This document shows positions 19,500-29,456 of a stretch of 64,000 bases of DNA, in pieces (positions within the stretch are counted from its first letter, which is position 1; each line of letters begins with the position of its first letter). Below the pieces are notes generated by a model that made no database searches, was not told the origin of the DNA, and saw only the letters and a list, made by a program, of their open reading frames with translations. Source of the stretch: an uncultured Pseudomonadota bacterium (lineage in GTDB: Bacteria > Myxococcota_A > Polyangia > Fen-1088). The translations under genes and the position numbers were made by a program. Location of the stretch: contig CAWKBC010000030.1 in the NCBI GenBank assembly GCA_963847705.1, forward strand, positions 128,001-192,000, given 5' to 3'.

Positions 19500-21029
19500 A
19501 TGACGCGTCCTTACGAGTTCTTTGGAGTACTGGCGCTCTGCGCGTCGGTTGCCGGGTGTGCGAACAGTGAAATGACGGCGCCCGACGAAAGCGGTGCTGG
19601 CGGCTCCGTCCTGACGGGAAGCGGCGGCAGCAGCGGCGGGTCCACTGGAAGTGGCGGACAGTCGTCAAGCGGAGGGGCGATCGGCTCTGGGGGCGCGGTC
19701 GGCCAGGGCGGGAACAGTGCGACCGGCGGGGCCACCGCGTCGGGCGGCGCCATCGGCACCGGCGGAACGACCGGGAGTGGCGGGGCGGGGACGGGCGGTT
19801 CGACAGGCTCCGGCGGCTTGACCGGCGCCGGCGGCGCAACCGGTGGGAAAACAGGCATGGGCGGATCGGCCAGCGGCGGCTCACCAAGCACGGGAGGGAC
19901 GACCGGCAGCGGAGGGGCAGGAACGGGAGGCTCCGCCGGCGGCGCCGGCACGGGCGGCGCGTTTCCGTTCAATCCGTCCTACGTCCTGGGCGCCGACATC
20001 TCCTGGGCGACTCAGCACGAATCTCAGGGGTACACGTATTCGGACGGCACCAACAAGAAGCCCATGGAACAGATCATGGCGGAGAACGGCTTCAACTACA
20101 TCCGGCTCCGGACCTTCGTCGATCCATCCGCCTCCGACGGCTACTCGCCGGGCCAGAACTGGTGCGGTCAGGCCGATACCGTGACGATGGCGAAGCGCGT
20201 GAAGGGGTGCGGCATGGGCCTCTTGGTCGACTTTCACATGAGCGATACCTGGGCCTCGCTTGGGACGAATGCCAACGCCTCGGCGATGCCGCTTGCGTGG
20301 AGGAGCCTGTCCCAGACCGTCCCCTCGACGCCGGTGAGCAACGCGACTCACCTCACCAACAATCTCTATCAGACCGCGCACGACTACGTTTACGGCGTCA
20401 TGCAGGCGTTGGTGGCGGCGGGCGCCAAGCCGGACATGGTTCAGATCGGCAACGAGACGAACACCGGCATGTCCGGCATCTCGATGAACAACTGGCCAGC
20501 GTTCTCGGCGCTCGTCAACGCCGGCATCAAGGCGGTCCGCGAAACCGATCCAAAAATTGTCGTGTGGGCGCAGAACGGTCGTCCACGACCGGACAGTGCG
20601 GGCGGCAGCAACTTCGACGGCTGGGTCGATGACTATCTCTCGGGAAAGTCTCCGCACACCCCTGCCATCGATGAGGACGGGATCTGCGGTTCCACCTACG
20701 GCACGACGAACAACGGCGCCGACTGGACGGCCTGCTTCAGTTACGTGATCAGCACCTACAACAAGCCGGTGATGAGCTGCGAGTACACCGACAAGAGTCC
20801 CGACAACGCCGGGGGGCACGTCATCAACGACCTGGTGATGCGGGCTTTGCCCAAAAACATGGGACGCGGCTCTTTCATCTGGGAGCCCGCTGACTACCCG
20901 TCCGTCAACGGCAGCGGCACGCTGTTCACCCTGTCGGGGAAGGTCTATACGGCGAACGCCACCATGGGGGACTACCCCAAGCTGGCCAAGTCTTACGGCC
21001 TGCCCGTCCCCTTCGGGACCTGTCATTGA
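19500..21029 (+). CDS. GH53 endo-beta-1,4-galactanase lipoprotein
   Basis: VAGC lipobox; LGADISW; NYIRLRTFVDP; VDFHMSDTWA; DMVQIGNET; KPVMSCEY. Confidence 0.92.
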   Translation: MTRPYEFFGVLALCASVAGCANSEMTAPDESGAGGSVLTGSGGSSGGSTGSGGQSSSGGAIGSGGAVGQGGNSATGGATASGGAIGTGGTTGSGGAGTGGSTGSGGLTGAGGATGGKTGMGGSASGGSPSTGGTTGSGGAGTGGSAGGAGTGGAFPFNPSYVLGADISWATQHESQGYTYSDGTNKKPMEQIMAENGFNYIRLRTFVDPSASDGYSPGQNWCGQADTVTMAKRVKGCGMGLLVDFHMSDTWASLGTNANASAMPLAWRSLSQTVPSTPVSNATHLTNNLYQTAHDYVYGVMQALVAAGAKPDMVQIGNETNTGMSGISMNNWPAFSALVNAGIKAVRETDPKIVVWAQNGRPRPDSAGGSNFDGWVDDYLSGKSPHTPAIDEDGICGSTYGTTNNGADWTACFSYVISTYNKPVMSCEYTDKSPDNAGGHVINDLVMRALPKNMGRGSFIWEPADYPSVNGSGTLFTLSGKVYTANATMGDYPKLAKSYGLPVPFGTCH

Positions 21030-21973
21030 TGGGTGCCTCTCGGACGGTTCGTCTTTCGTACCGCGAAGAGAGCGCTTTGTTCTGGAAGCTCTTCGTCGTT
21101 CGGGTGGTCATCGCCGTGATCTATCTGAAGCTCGCCGGGTGCGCGTCGCACGGATCGACCGGGACCGGCGGCACTGGTGGCGGGGGAGATGGGGGCGGGG
21201 GCGCCGTTACGACGGCGTCCTCGGGGGGCGATGGTGGGGTAGGTCTGGGCAACGGCAAAGGGGGCGCGGGGGGCGCTTCCGGAGGCGGAGGGGCAGCGGG
21301 GACCTCCGGTCGCGGTGGAGGCGCAGGAGCCGGTGAAATAGGCGGTGCAGCCGGGTCCGGAAAAGGAGGGATGGCTGAGGCTGGTGGCCGTGGAGTAGGA
21401 GCAGCAGGGGGGGCGGCGGCGAGCGCGGGCTCGGATGGGTCAGCCGAAGCCGGCGCTGGCGGCGGAGCGCTTGGGTCGGCCGGCGGTGCAGGAGGTGCGG
21501 CCGAGACAGGGGTTTGCCCAGGGGACAAATCTCCCAATCTCGACGTTACCGGCAATTGCACGCCGACGAATGCAAAGGCCGGTTCGGCATGTACGCAGAA
21601 CTGCTGCGTAGCTTGTGGCATCGATCAATTGGGGCAGGCCACTTGCACCTGCGGCAACCACAAATACGCGACCTGCACCTGTCCGCGGCCGGCCGCGTGG
21701 ACCGCTCTTGGCGGCGAGTGCGGCGACTCGGCGTGCCTCACAGATGGCGGTCCCTGTTCCCCGCAAGGATACGCTTCATCGACCGGCGCGCCCAAGGGGG
21801 CAATCGTCCTCGACGGGCAGCCTTGCGTCATGAACGGGAACGTCTGCTTCACAGCTGAATCGGACGGGACACACGGATGCGTCTGTGCGTCCGATCCATC
21901 CGGTGACTTCGTCATGCACTGTGGGTTGGTCGAAGGCTGGTTCTCGGACAACGGGATGCAGACGACCTACTAG
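21026..21973 (+). CDS. Lipoprotein with Gly linker and Cys-rich C-terminal domain, unknown function
   Basis: LAGC lipobox; Gly/Ala linker; many Cys in last ~155 aa; true start may be downstream. Confidence 0.65.
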   Translation: MMGASRTVRLSYREESALFWKLFVVRVVIAVIYLKLAGCASHGSTGTGGTGGGGDGGGGAVTTASSGGDGGVGLGNGKGGAGGASGGGGAAGTSGRGGGAGAGEIGGAAGSGKGGMAEAGGRGVGAAGGAAASAGSDGSAEAGAGGGALGSAGGAGGAAETGVCPGDKSPNLDVTGNCTPTNAKAGSACTQNCCVACGIDQLGQATCTCGNHKYATCTCPRPAAWTALGGECGDSACLTDGGPCSPQGYASSTGAPKGAIVLDGQPCVMNGNVCFTAESDGTHGCVCASDPSGDFVMHCGLVEGWFSDNGMQTTY

Positions 21974-21991
21974 CTGTTCGGAAGGACAATC

Positions 21992-24010
21992 ATGTCGGAT
22001 GTCTGGAACAGCAAAAGGCTATCGCTTCCTTGTCTGGCTGCCTTGCTGCCGCTCGCGATATGGAGTGGCTGCGCCGGGCAGGGGTCGGCCGTGGATGCGG
22101 GGAGCTCGGGCAGGGGCGGCGGTGGTTCGGGCGGATGGTCCGGCACCGGCGGGTTCTCCGGGACCGGCGGAGGCAAGGACGGATCCTCTGGCGCTGGCGG
22201 AGGCACGGGTGCGGGCAACGGATCGGGCGGTGCTGGCGGATCGGGCGGCGGCTCAATCGCCGGCGCAGGCGGCGGGAGCGGAACCGGTGGTACGGGGGGA
22301 GGCAGTCCTGACAACGCCTGCACGCAGGCTGGGGGCTCGTGCGTAGCCGTTTATCCTGGAAGCTGTGCTTCCGGGACGGTCGCCTCCTTGTCTTGTGGTG
22401 CGGGACTCGGCTCCGAGTGCTGCCTACTGGGTGGGGTCGGTGGCACGAGCGGATTCGGGGGTACTGTCGGCAGCAACGGAACCGGTGGCGCCGCCGGCGG
22501 GTCCGGTGGATCTGGTGGCGGTGGATTTGGCGGTAACGCCGGGGAGGATCCGACCGCGCACCTGGACGATCTCAAACGACAGTTCCTCGGGCTCCAGTTT
22601 GGCATCTGGCACCACTTCGGGATCCTCACGTACACAGGGACCTGGGCGGAGGCGAACCTCCCCATCAACGACTTCAACCCTGGCGCGACGCTGAACCCGC
22701 AGCAATGGGCGGTGGCCGCGAAGTCGGCGGGTGCGAAGTTCGGCGTGCTGACGACGCGGCATCACGACGGGTTCGCACTCTGGCCGAGCAAGGCGAGCAA
22801 CTTCAACGTCGGCCACACGACCTGGTATGCGCAGGTCGGTGGTCAGGCCGCTCCGAATGACAAGGGCGATGTCGTTCAGCAGTTCGTGAACGGGTACCGA
22901 GCCGAGGGCCTGCTCCCCGCCTTCTACTACTCGATCTGGGACACGACCCACCCGGTCAGCGGCCAGCTGACCAGCGAGATGGTTCAGTACCTGACGACAC
23001 AGCTGACCGAGCTGATGTCGAACTACGGGAAGATTCCGCTCCTGATCATCGACGGCTGGTCATGGATGATGGGCCACCATGCGGCCGAGGGTTGGTACAT
23101 CCACAACCTGGTGAAGAGCCTGCAGCCCGACATCTTGATCGTCGATCACGAAGGGTTGGAGAGTCCTTACGATGAGGATCTGGTGATGTACGAGGAGCCG
23201 CGCGGTGTCTTCGCGCCGACCGGCAACACCTGGGCGGCCGTACAGGGGCAAAAGATCAACCAGCATGGCGGCAACGACTGGTTTTGGAAGAGCAACATCC
23301 AGGGCTACATCACGGTGTCGGACATCGTCGATTCGCACATCAACACGCTGGTGCCCCGCAACACGAACTTCATCCTCAATTGCCCGCCCAACAACAAGGG
23401 GCTGCTCGACGACGTCGTCGTCACCGAGCTCGGGCAGGTGGGCACTTACCGGCAGGCCCACCCGGCCTCCGTTCCGCCGCGGCTTCCCACGCAGGGTGTC
23501 CAGAACAGCAATCCGTACTTTCCGGTCGCCGCATCGGCCTCGAGTGGGACTGCGGGCAATGCCATCGATGGCTCGAACGACATAGGACGCTATTCCATCT
23601 GGCAGTCCTCAGGGAGCTTACCGCAGTGGATCCAGGTGGATTTGGGAGCGGTCAAGTCGGTGGGTTTCTTCGGATACCTGCCGCCGTACGTCGCTGGCAG
23701 CGCCTGGAATTCGAGCACCGGAAACTGCAGCGGGACGCCGTGCGCCGTGCCTGGATCGAGCGGGCTCATCACGTCCTACGAGATCGACGTCAGCATCGAC
23801 GGCATGAATTTCACCAAGGCAGCGACGGGGACCTGGCCCGCGAACGGCAAGATCCAGGGGGTAAGTTTCGCTCCCGTCCAGGCGCGGTATGTCCGTCTTG
23901 TTGCGCTGGCGGTCAACTCCGGATCGAGCGCGCAGGCCACCGAACTTGAGGTGGGCGGACCGCAGACGCTGACGGTCGTTACCCCGAAGACGACGGATTG
24001 GGGGCACTAG
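21992..24010 (+). CDS. GH29 alpha-L-fucosidase with F5/8 type C (CBM32-like) domain, lipoprotein
   Basis: FGIWHHFG; WAVAAKSAGAKFGVLTTRHHDGFALWPS; FILNCPPNNKG; NAIDG..W..PQWIQVDLG..QARYVRL. Confidence 0.9.
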   Translation: MSDVWNSKRLSLPCLAALLPLAIWSGCAGQGSAVDAGSSGRGGGGSGGWSGTGGFSGTGGGKDGSSGAGGGTGAGNGSGGAGGSGGGSIAGAGGGSGTGGTGGGSPDNACTQAGGSCVAVYPGSCASGTVASLSCGAGLGSECCLLGGVGGTSGFGGTVGSNGTGGAAGGSGGSGGGGFGGNAGEDPTAHLDDLKRQFLGLQFGIWHHFGILTYTGTWAEANLPINDFNPGATLNPQQWAVAAKSAGAKFGVLTTRHHDGFALWPSKASNFNVGHTTWYAQVGGQAAPNDKGDVVQQFVNGYRAEGLLPAFYYSIWDTTHPVSGQLTSEMVQYLTTQLTELMSNYGKIPLLIIDGWSWMMGHHAAEGWYIHNLVKSLQPDILIVDHEGLESPYDEDLVMYEEPRGVFAPTGNTWAAVQGQKINQHGGNDWFWKSNIQGYITVSDIVDSHINTLVPRNTNFILNCPPNNKGLLDDVVVTELGQVGTYRQAHPASVPPRLPTQGVQNSNPYFPVAASASSGTAGNAIDGSNDIGRYSIWQSSGSLPQWIQVDLGAVKSVGFFGYLPPYVAGSAWNSSTGNCSGTPCAVPGSSGLITSYEIDVSIDGMNFTKAATGTWPANGKIQGVSFAPVQARYVRLVALAVNSGSSAQATELEVGGPQTLTVVTPKTTDWGH

Positions 24011-24045
24011 GATGGGCCGCCGCCTCGACGCAGGGAGGCCCGGCG

Positions 24046-24846
24046 TTAGCCCCCGAACGTGATGTCCGATGGGACCCGGAGCGGCATGTAGGCGCCGACG
24101 CCGTCCCCGAACGTGACGTCGTTACCGTTGCCCGAGAGATCGACCGAGAAACCGACGTGGTTGGCGTCGTCGAACGTCCAGTAAGCAACCAGCCCGGTCT
24201 CTCCCTGCCCCGAGGACGGCTGCATGTCGCCCATCACCTGGCTCGCCGAGCGGGTCACGGTCCACACCCGCACTTCGTCCATCTCTCCCGCGAAGAGGTT
24301 CTTGTATCCGTCGAACGTCCCCAGCCAGGCCGACGTCGGCGTGTGGGTGTCGGTTGGGTTGTTCTCGCTGTCGACCGCCGCGCCGTCGACGTAAAGAACG
24401 TTTGTAGTCGCGTCGGACGTGTAGGCGAGGTGGTGCCACACGCCGGCGGAGGGGTTCGTGGGTGCCTGCACGAGGACCCGATCGACGTAGACCCGCCACA
24501 CCGCCAGCGCGCCTCCGTGAAAGCCGATCTGGACGCCCGCCGCGACGTCGTCTCTCAGAACGACAAAGTCTTGGGTGCCCGCCGCCATCGCGTATTTGAC
24601 CCAAAGCTCGATGGTCATGCTGTTGCCCACAGAGGCGAATCCGCCGTCCCCGGCGGTGGCGTACTGACGGACCCCGTCGAACTCAAGTGCATAGCCGGCG
24701 ATGGCGCCGTCGAGCGGGGGGACGTCAAAGACCGGCTGCTCCAGGGAGGCATCCTGGACAGCCACTGGAGAAGCCGCCCCACAAGAGATCGCGAACGGAA
24801 CCATCGCGCAGGCGATGGCGCACAGAGCTGTTCTGCCGGATCGCAC
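24046..24846 (-). CDS. LamG/concanavalin-like jelly-roll lipoprotein
   Basis: ISC lipobox; ALEFDG; TIELWVK; WHHLAYT..LYVDG; FAGEMDEVRVW; LVAYWTFDD. Confidence 0.85.
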   Translation of the reverse strand: MRSGRTALCAIACAMVPFAISCGAASPVAVQDASLEQPVFDVPPLDGAIAGYALEFDGVRQYATAGDGGFASVGNSMTIELWVKYAMAAGTQDFVVLRDDVAAGVQIGFHGGALAVWRVYVDRVLVQAPTNPSAGVWHHLAYTSDATTNVLYVDGAAVDSENNPTDTHTPTSAWLGTFDGYKNLFAGEMDEVRVWTVTRSASQVMGDMQPSSGQGETGLVAYWTFDDANHVGFSVDLSGNGNDVTFGDGVGAYMPLRVPSDITFGG

Positions 24847-24851
24847 GGAGC

Positions 24852-25553
24852 CTACGGATCAGTTCGGCCGGCCGCCTGCTCCGCAGCTCGTCGGAACCGA
24901 CCGTGCGGGTAGAGACGCAGGTACTCGTCAGCCAGCGCGACCGTATTCGGGCTGTGCTGCGCCCGTGCCGCTTCGATGGCGAGAGCCCTTGCCTCTTCGG
25001 ACAGGGCTCCACGCGGATAAAGCCGCAAGTATTCGCGCAAGAGACGGCTTGCCCGCACCGGATCGTGCTCCTGGCGCAATGCCTTGACTGCCTCCATGAG
25101 GGCAGAGGGGTTCTCGCCGCGCGCCGCACGGGAGTGCGACGGCCCGGGCGTGGGCGCCCCGGGCCTCGGGAGCTCCACGACCTGGTCTTCCCCTACCGGG
25201 ACAACCGTCCGGGGAGCGGCGACCGGCGCAGAATGAACACGAACGGGCAGCGGCGGCTTCACCAGCTGGGGGACCGGCGCACGATCGACGGCCGATCTTC
25301 GCCTGATCCAGCTCGCGCCGAGCGTTGCGGCCGCGCTGACCCCCGCGACCAGGAAGAGAACGCCAAAGACGACGGCGGGACGCGCCAGACGGAATCTTCG
25401 CGAGGAGCGCTCTCGGCTGGGGGCCAGGATTGCCTGCAGCGAGCGGTGCTTCTGGCTGTCGGGAAGCGCGGTGGGGACCGCCGCTGAAAGAAGATCGATG
25501 AGACGGCCCTCCGTCTCGTTGGCGGCGGTCTTGGTGCGACTCAACGGTTCCAC
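24852..25553 (-). CDS. Putative anti-sigma factor (cytoplasmic N-domain, TM, Pro-rich linker, TPR-like C-domain), module A
   Basis: Overlaps ECF stop; TM PAVVFGVLFLVAGVSAAA; EYLRLYPRGALSEEARALAIEA; paralog of 36160..36921. Confidence 0.75.
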   Translation of the reverse strand: MEPLSRTKTAANETEGRLIDLLSAAVPTALPDSQKHRSLQAILAPSRERSSRRFRLARPAVVFGVLFLVAGVSAAATLGASWIRRRSAVDRAPVPQLVKPPLPVRVHSAPVAAPRTVVPVGEDQVVELPRPGAPTPGPSHSRAARGENPSALMEAVKALRQEHDPVRASRLLREYLRLYPRGALSEEARALAIEAARAQHSPNTVALADEYLRLYPHGRFRRAAEQAAGRTDP

Positions 25554-26170
25554 AGCCCTCTCCCCTCGGCCTTGCCGCTCTTCAACGCCTCCATCAGCGT
25601 CTTTCTTCCGCGCTGGATTCGGGCTCTCACATTGTTGATCGAGATTCCTTGAATCTCCGAGATTTCCTCGGCGGTATATCCTTCGATCTCGAAGAGGATG
25701 AAGGTCGAGGCGATCTTGGCGCTCAGCCGCGACAACAGGGCCTCCAGCTGTCGTTGCTTTTCGCGGGTCTCGAGCACCATGAGCTGCGTCGGATTGACGC
25801 TCGCCACGTCGGAGGTGACCTCGACGCTCCTGCGAAAGATGTGTTTGATCCACATCGAGCGCCGGTAGTCCCGAACCTGGTTCGCCGTGATCCGGTAGAG
25901 CCAGGCGATGAGATTGTCGCCATCGAAGTGGGGCAGGCGGCGGTGGACGACGACGAAAACCTCCTGGACGACATCCGCGAGATCGGCGGGAGGCGCGCCA
26001 AGGGCGCGGCCCCAGCGGGCGACGTCGGCGTAACATCCGTCGTAGACGGAAACGAAGTCACGACAGTCGATCTCTACGCCACGCCGAAGCAGGGAGGGTC
26101 GGCGCGCTCCGGGGCCCGCCAGCGGTCCGCTCGGGACGTCTTCTCGAACGTGATCCTGCCTGATGGTCAT
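25541..26170 (-). CDS. ECF RNA polymerase sigma factor, module A
   Basis: DVVQEVFVVV..AWLYRIT region 2; FILFEIEGYTAEEISEIQGISINNVRARIQRGR region 4. Confidence 0.92.
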   Translation of the reverse strand: MTIRQDHVREDVPSGPLAGPGARRPSLLRRGVEIDCRDFVSVYDGCYADVARWGRALGAPPADLADVVQEVFVVVHRRLPHFDGDNLIAWLYRITANQVRDYRRSMWIKHIFRRSVEVTSDVASVNPTQLMVLETREKQRQLEALLSRLSAKIASTFILFEIEGYTAEEISEIQGISINNVRARIQRGRKTLMEALKSGKAEGRGLWNR

Positions 26171-26307
26171 TCGAGCCTCGAGCTCGGCTGAGCTGTCGCG
26201 AGGTCTCCTCAGTTTACACGAGCGTGTCTGAGGCGTCACCGATCGCCGACCGTCGAAACAGCGAATTCGCCGGCGGATCCGGTCTCACCTCGCGTCAGGC
26301 GAAGAAT

Positions 26308-26334
26308 GTATCAATCGAATGAGCGCGCTCCCTT
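26308..26334 (+). promoter_or_regulatory. Putative ECF promoter GTATCA-N16-CCCTT with no sense gene downstream
   Basis: GTATCAATCGAATGAGCGCGCTCCCTT; faces the 3' end of 26363..27151(-). Confidence 0.6.
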
Positions 26335-26362
26335 TGACCCGCGCGGCGATCGCGTACCACGT

Positions 26363-27151
26363 TTACAACCTGCCGGTCGGACCAACACGTACCAGGCTGA
26401 CAGCCGCGTCGTCGACATAGAGGTCGGATGGTGTGGGTGAAATCCCCTCCGTGGAGCTACAGGGCGACCAGTAGACCGTGCTGCTGAGGCCGAACGGCCT
26501 CTGGATGTCGTAGTTGACCTGCCCATCGAGCCAAAGCGTGAAGCGGCCCGTGTCGTCGCCCACGTTGCGATAGAAGACTTCGATCTGAAACCACTGCGCG
26601 ATGGGAATGGGAAGCGCGGGCTCTGCGGTGGGCGAACGCAGGTAGGGGGCCCGGTGGTCAAAGAGATCGATGATGAGATCCCCGTTGGCAAGACTCCTCA
26701 AGTCAACGTCCATGAGAAATCCGTTGGTGCCCCCGTCCCCCGCGTCCGGGACCTGAAACTCCATGACCCGCCAGTCGACTGTCGTTTGATAGGCTTGGGG
26801 GAGGTAGTACCAGGCGCTGTAGTAGGCCGCCTCGGGAAAGTCGTCCTGACGCCACAGGCGCCCGGTTTCGTACGGAGGCGGAGCACCATTCACCTGCGCC
26901 GCTGGGGCGCCGTTCGTGAGCTTGACGGACTGCGTGCCGCTGTGGGCGAAGTCGGTCGAGATCACGACGGACGTGTCGGGCGCATCCGCGGAGTAGCCAC
27001 CCTTGGAGCCGGCCGTCCATTCCGTGAAGTCGCCGGTCTCGTGCTGCGCGAACCAGAGCAGAGAGCTCCCGACGTTCACGTGGTTCGAGCAGGCCCCTCC
27101 AGTGCCTGCCAGCAATAGCGTCAACGCGAATGCACAACGGGGTCGTGTCAT
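26363..27151 (-). CDS. Polysaccharide-lyase-like beta-jelly-roll lipoprotein, module A
   Basis: GGAC lipobox; WFAQHETGDFTEW; AHSGTQSVKLT; EAAYYSAWYYLP; WFQIEVFYR; LYVDDAAVS; paralog of 33677..34456. Confidence 0.75.
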   Translation of the reverse strand: MTRPRCAFALTLLLAGTGGACSNHVNVGSSLLWFAQHETGDFTEWTAGSKGGYSADAPDTSVVISTDFAHSGTQSVKLTNGAPAAQVNGAPPPYETGRLWRQDDFPEAAYYSAWYYLPQAYQTTVDWRVMEFQVPDAGDGGTNGFLMDVDLRSLANGDLIIDLFDHRAPYLRSPTAEPALPIPIAQWFQIEVFYRNVGDDTGRFTLWLDGQVNYDIQRPFGLSSTVYWSPCSSTEGISPTPSDLYVDDAAVSLVRVGPTGRL

Positions 27152-28131
27152 GGCGATAGGGAGAGCCCCGCGGTGAGACCGATCCACACGGCCGGCAATT
27201 GACCGATGTCTCCTTCCGGTGTTGCCGTGGCCTCGTACGGTTTGGGGAAGACGAGGGCGTGGAGCCCGACGATTGGTACGAGCCGCGAGGTGGGCGAGCC
27301 GAAGCGAACACCGACGCCGATGCGTCCCCCCAGATTGAGACGGGTGCCAGTCTGAGGGCCGGCGGTGTTCGTCCCAGAGATTCGCACCAGTGCGCCCGCC
27401 AGGCTGAGCTCCCCGAGCAGCGTGAGCCTTCTGCCGGAGTGAACCAGCGCTATCCCGACGTCGAGGGGCACGCGAAGCTCGTCGATCCCGATGCCGGCGA
27501 AGTCGAAGCTCGCCCGTGGTTGCACGCCTAGCCCTGCCATGGCGCTGAGGACCCCCGCGCCCCAATAGGCGCGCACCTCGCCCCCAGGTGCCGTTGCCTC
27601 CGAGTCAGAGCTGCCGGCAGCCGCGTCCAGGAGCGCGGAGAGTGCGATCTGGAACCGCTTTGGCGCCGGCGCCGGCACCGGCGCGAGGGCGACGAGCGAG
27701 ACAGAAGGTGGGGACTCGATCCGGATGGGCGGGGTCGGCGGCAGCTCTGGAGGCGTCGCCAGCAGGGCCTCAGGGGGCAGGAGCGTGACCACGATGAAAA
27801 CGGCGACGAACCGGGCGCGATGATCGCAGACATGACCGAGATCGTGAAACGTCCGCTGTCGCTCTCCGCCCTCGGCGAAGATCCGAACGCGGTAAGTTGA
27901 TCCGAGATCCGATACCTCGATCCTGACGTCGGAGAGGCGCGCCAGATCGCCGGCTGAGACGATCGATCTGACGTCAGTCCAGATCGTGTCGCCGGAAGGG
28001 CAGTCCCCGTTGACGGTGATCGTCGCCGGGGCGCTTTCGGCCGAGACCGGTGGGGTCTGGGCGGAAGCGCGACGCGCGCCGGCGAGCAAGAGTGCGACGC
28101 CGGTGGCCAGAGCGAGCCTGGACGAATTCAT
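27148..28131 (-). CDS. Secreted protein with Cys-pair N-domain and predicted small beta-barrel C-domain, module A
   Basis: Signal peptide ..ASA; CPS..C domain; Pro linker; amphipathic strands ending WIGLTAGLSLSP; ATGA overlap with lipoprotein; paralog of 34456..35415. Confidence 0.7.
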   Translation of the reverse strand: MNSSRLALATGVALLLAGARRASAQTPPVSAESAPATITVNGDCPSGDTIWTDVRSIVSAGDLARLSDVRIEVSDLGSTYRVRIFAEGGERQRTFHDLGHVCDHRARFVAVFIVVTLLPPEALLATPPELPPTPPIRIESPPSVSLVALAPVPAPAPKRFQIALSALLDAAAGSSDSEATAPGGEVRAYWGAGVLSAMAGLGVQPRASFDFAGIGIDELRVPLDVGIALVHSGRRLTLLGELSLAGALVRISGTNTAGPQTGTRLNLGGRIGVGVRFGSPTSRLVPIVGLHALVFPKPYEATATPEGDIGQLPAVWIGLTAGLSLSP

Positions 28132-28270
28132 CGCCGAGCCGCGCTCACGACGAGCTTCACCAGACGATTCTACCGTGTCGCTGAGATCGTTGACGAGACC
28201 TACCTGCCCACGGTGGATCGAAGCCGAGTTGCTCACCCCGGTTTTCGACGCTCCTTCGCCGATGATGCGT

Positions 28271-28297
28271 GTATCAACTTCCACACGCGGATCCCTT
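28271..28297 (+). promoter_or_regulatory. Putative ECF promoter GTATCA-N16-CCCTT (SGNH esterase)
   Basis: GTATCAACTTCCACACGCGGATCCCTT. Confidence 0.72.
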
Positions 28298-28307
28298 GCA
28301 GCCGGAC

Positions 28308-29456
28308 ATGCTTCCCGAGGGTGCCGAGGCCACGCCGCGACCGTCGGAGGCGCTTCGTCAGACGACGGCACTTCGCATTTTGTGGTCGCTCCGCGGTCGG
28401 TTGGCCGCCATCGTCGTGGCCCTGGCCGGGTGCACCGGCACCGGCGGGGCGATGATCCAGATCTCTGGCAGTGGTGGAACGGTCGGACCGGGAGTGGACG
28501 GGTCGTCATTGGCCGGCGGCGCCGGTGGTGCGGGGGGCTCCGGCGAAGCCGGAAGCTTCGGTGGGGCGGCAGGAATGGGAGGAATTGCCGGAACCGGACC
28601 TGCTGGTACGGGTGGCTCTGGTGGGCGCAGCGCCGAAGGTCTCGACGGTGGCGCACGGGGAGGGACTCCCGGCGAAGCCGGAGCCAGCGGTGGTCGTGGC
28701 GCGGCGGGGACCCACGGCGCGGGCGGAATGGGGGGCTCGACTCGACCAGGCGGCGGTGGCTCGACGGGCACAGGCGGGAAGGCGGAGTTCGCTGCCTGTC
28801 CGACCGACGGAGCGGCGTGCGTGATCATGCCTCTCGGCGATTCGATCACCTGGGGGTACGGCTCGACGACCGGCGGAGGGTATCGCGTCGGCGTCTTCAG
28901 CCAGGCACTCATGGCGGGCAAGTCGCTCACCTTCGTCGGCTCTCAGAAGAGCGGGCCCGCTCTCGTGGACGGAAAGCCGTTCCCGCAGGGAAACGAGGGT
29001 CACTCTGGCTATTCGATCGACGACAGCTCGAAGACCAGCGGCATCTCCGGGGCGCTCACCGACGACGCCATCGCCACCTACAGGCCAAACATCATCTTGT
29101 TGATGATCGGCACGAACGACATGCACTATTCGATCGATTTGCCCAACGCGCCTGCCCGGCTCGGAAAGCTGCTCGATGAGATCGCCTCTGACGCGCCCAG
29201 CGCTCTGCTGGTGGTGGCGACGATCATTCCGGCGAACGGCGCCCAGAACACGGCAACGCAGACCTACAACGATGCCATTCCAGGGGTGGTGCAGGCCCGG
29301 GCGGCCGAGGGAAAGCACGTCATCTTGGTCGACATGTACGCCGCCCTGAAGAGCTGGTCGACATCGATTTACAAGGACTCGGAACACCCCAACGATGCCG
29401 GATACACCCTCATGGCCAACGCCTGGTATTCCGCGATCGGGGGGCTGCTCCAGTAG
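28308..29456 (+). CDS. SGNH esterase (CE3 acetylxylan-esterase-like) lipoprotein
   Basis: LAGC lipobox; IMPLGDSITWG; NEGHSGY; LLMIGTND; DSEHPNDAGY; start could be TTG 28380. Confidence 0.85.
   Translation: MLPEGAEATPRPSEALRQTTALRILWSLRGRLAAIVVALAGCTGTGGAMIQISGSGGTVGPGVDGSSLAGGAGGAGGSGEAGSFGGAAGMGGIAGTGPAGTGGSGGRSAEGLDGGARGGTPGEAGASGGRGAAGTHGAGGMGGSTRPGGGGSTGTGGKAEFAACPTDGAACVIMPLGDSITWGYGSTTGGGYRVGVFSQALMAGKSLTFVGSQKSGPALVDGKPFPQGNEGHSGYSIDDSSKTSGISGALTDDAIATYRPNIILLMIGTNDMHYSIDLPNAPARLGKLLDEIASDAPSALLVVATIIPANGAQNTATQTYNDAIPGVVQARAAEGKHVILVDMYAALKSWSTSIYKDSEHPNDAGYTLMANAWYSAIGGLLQ
28369..28385. promoter_or_regulatory. 17-bp motif copy (CACTTCGCATTTTGTGG)
   Basis: 16/17 identical to the copy at the AraC start. 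Confidence 0.5.
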
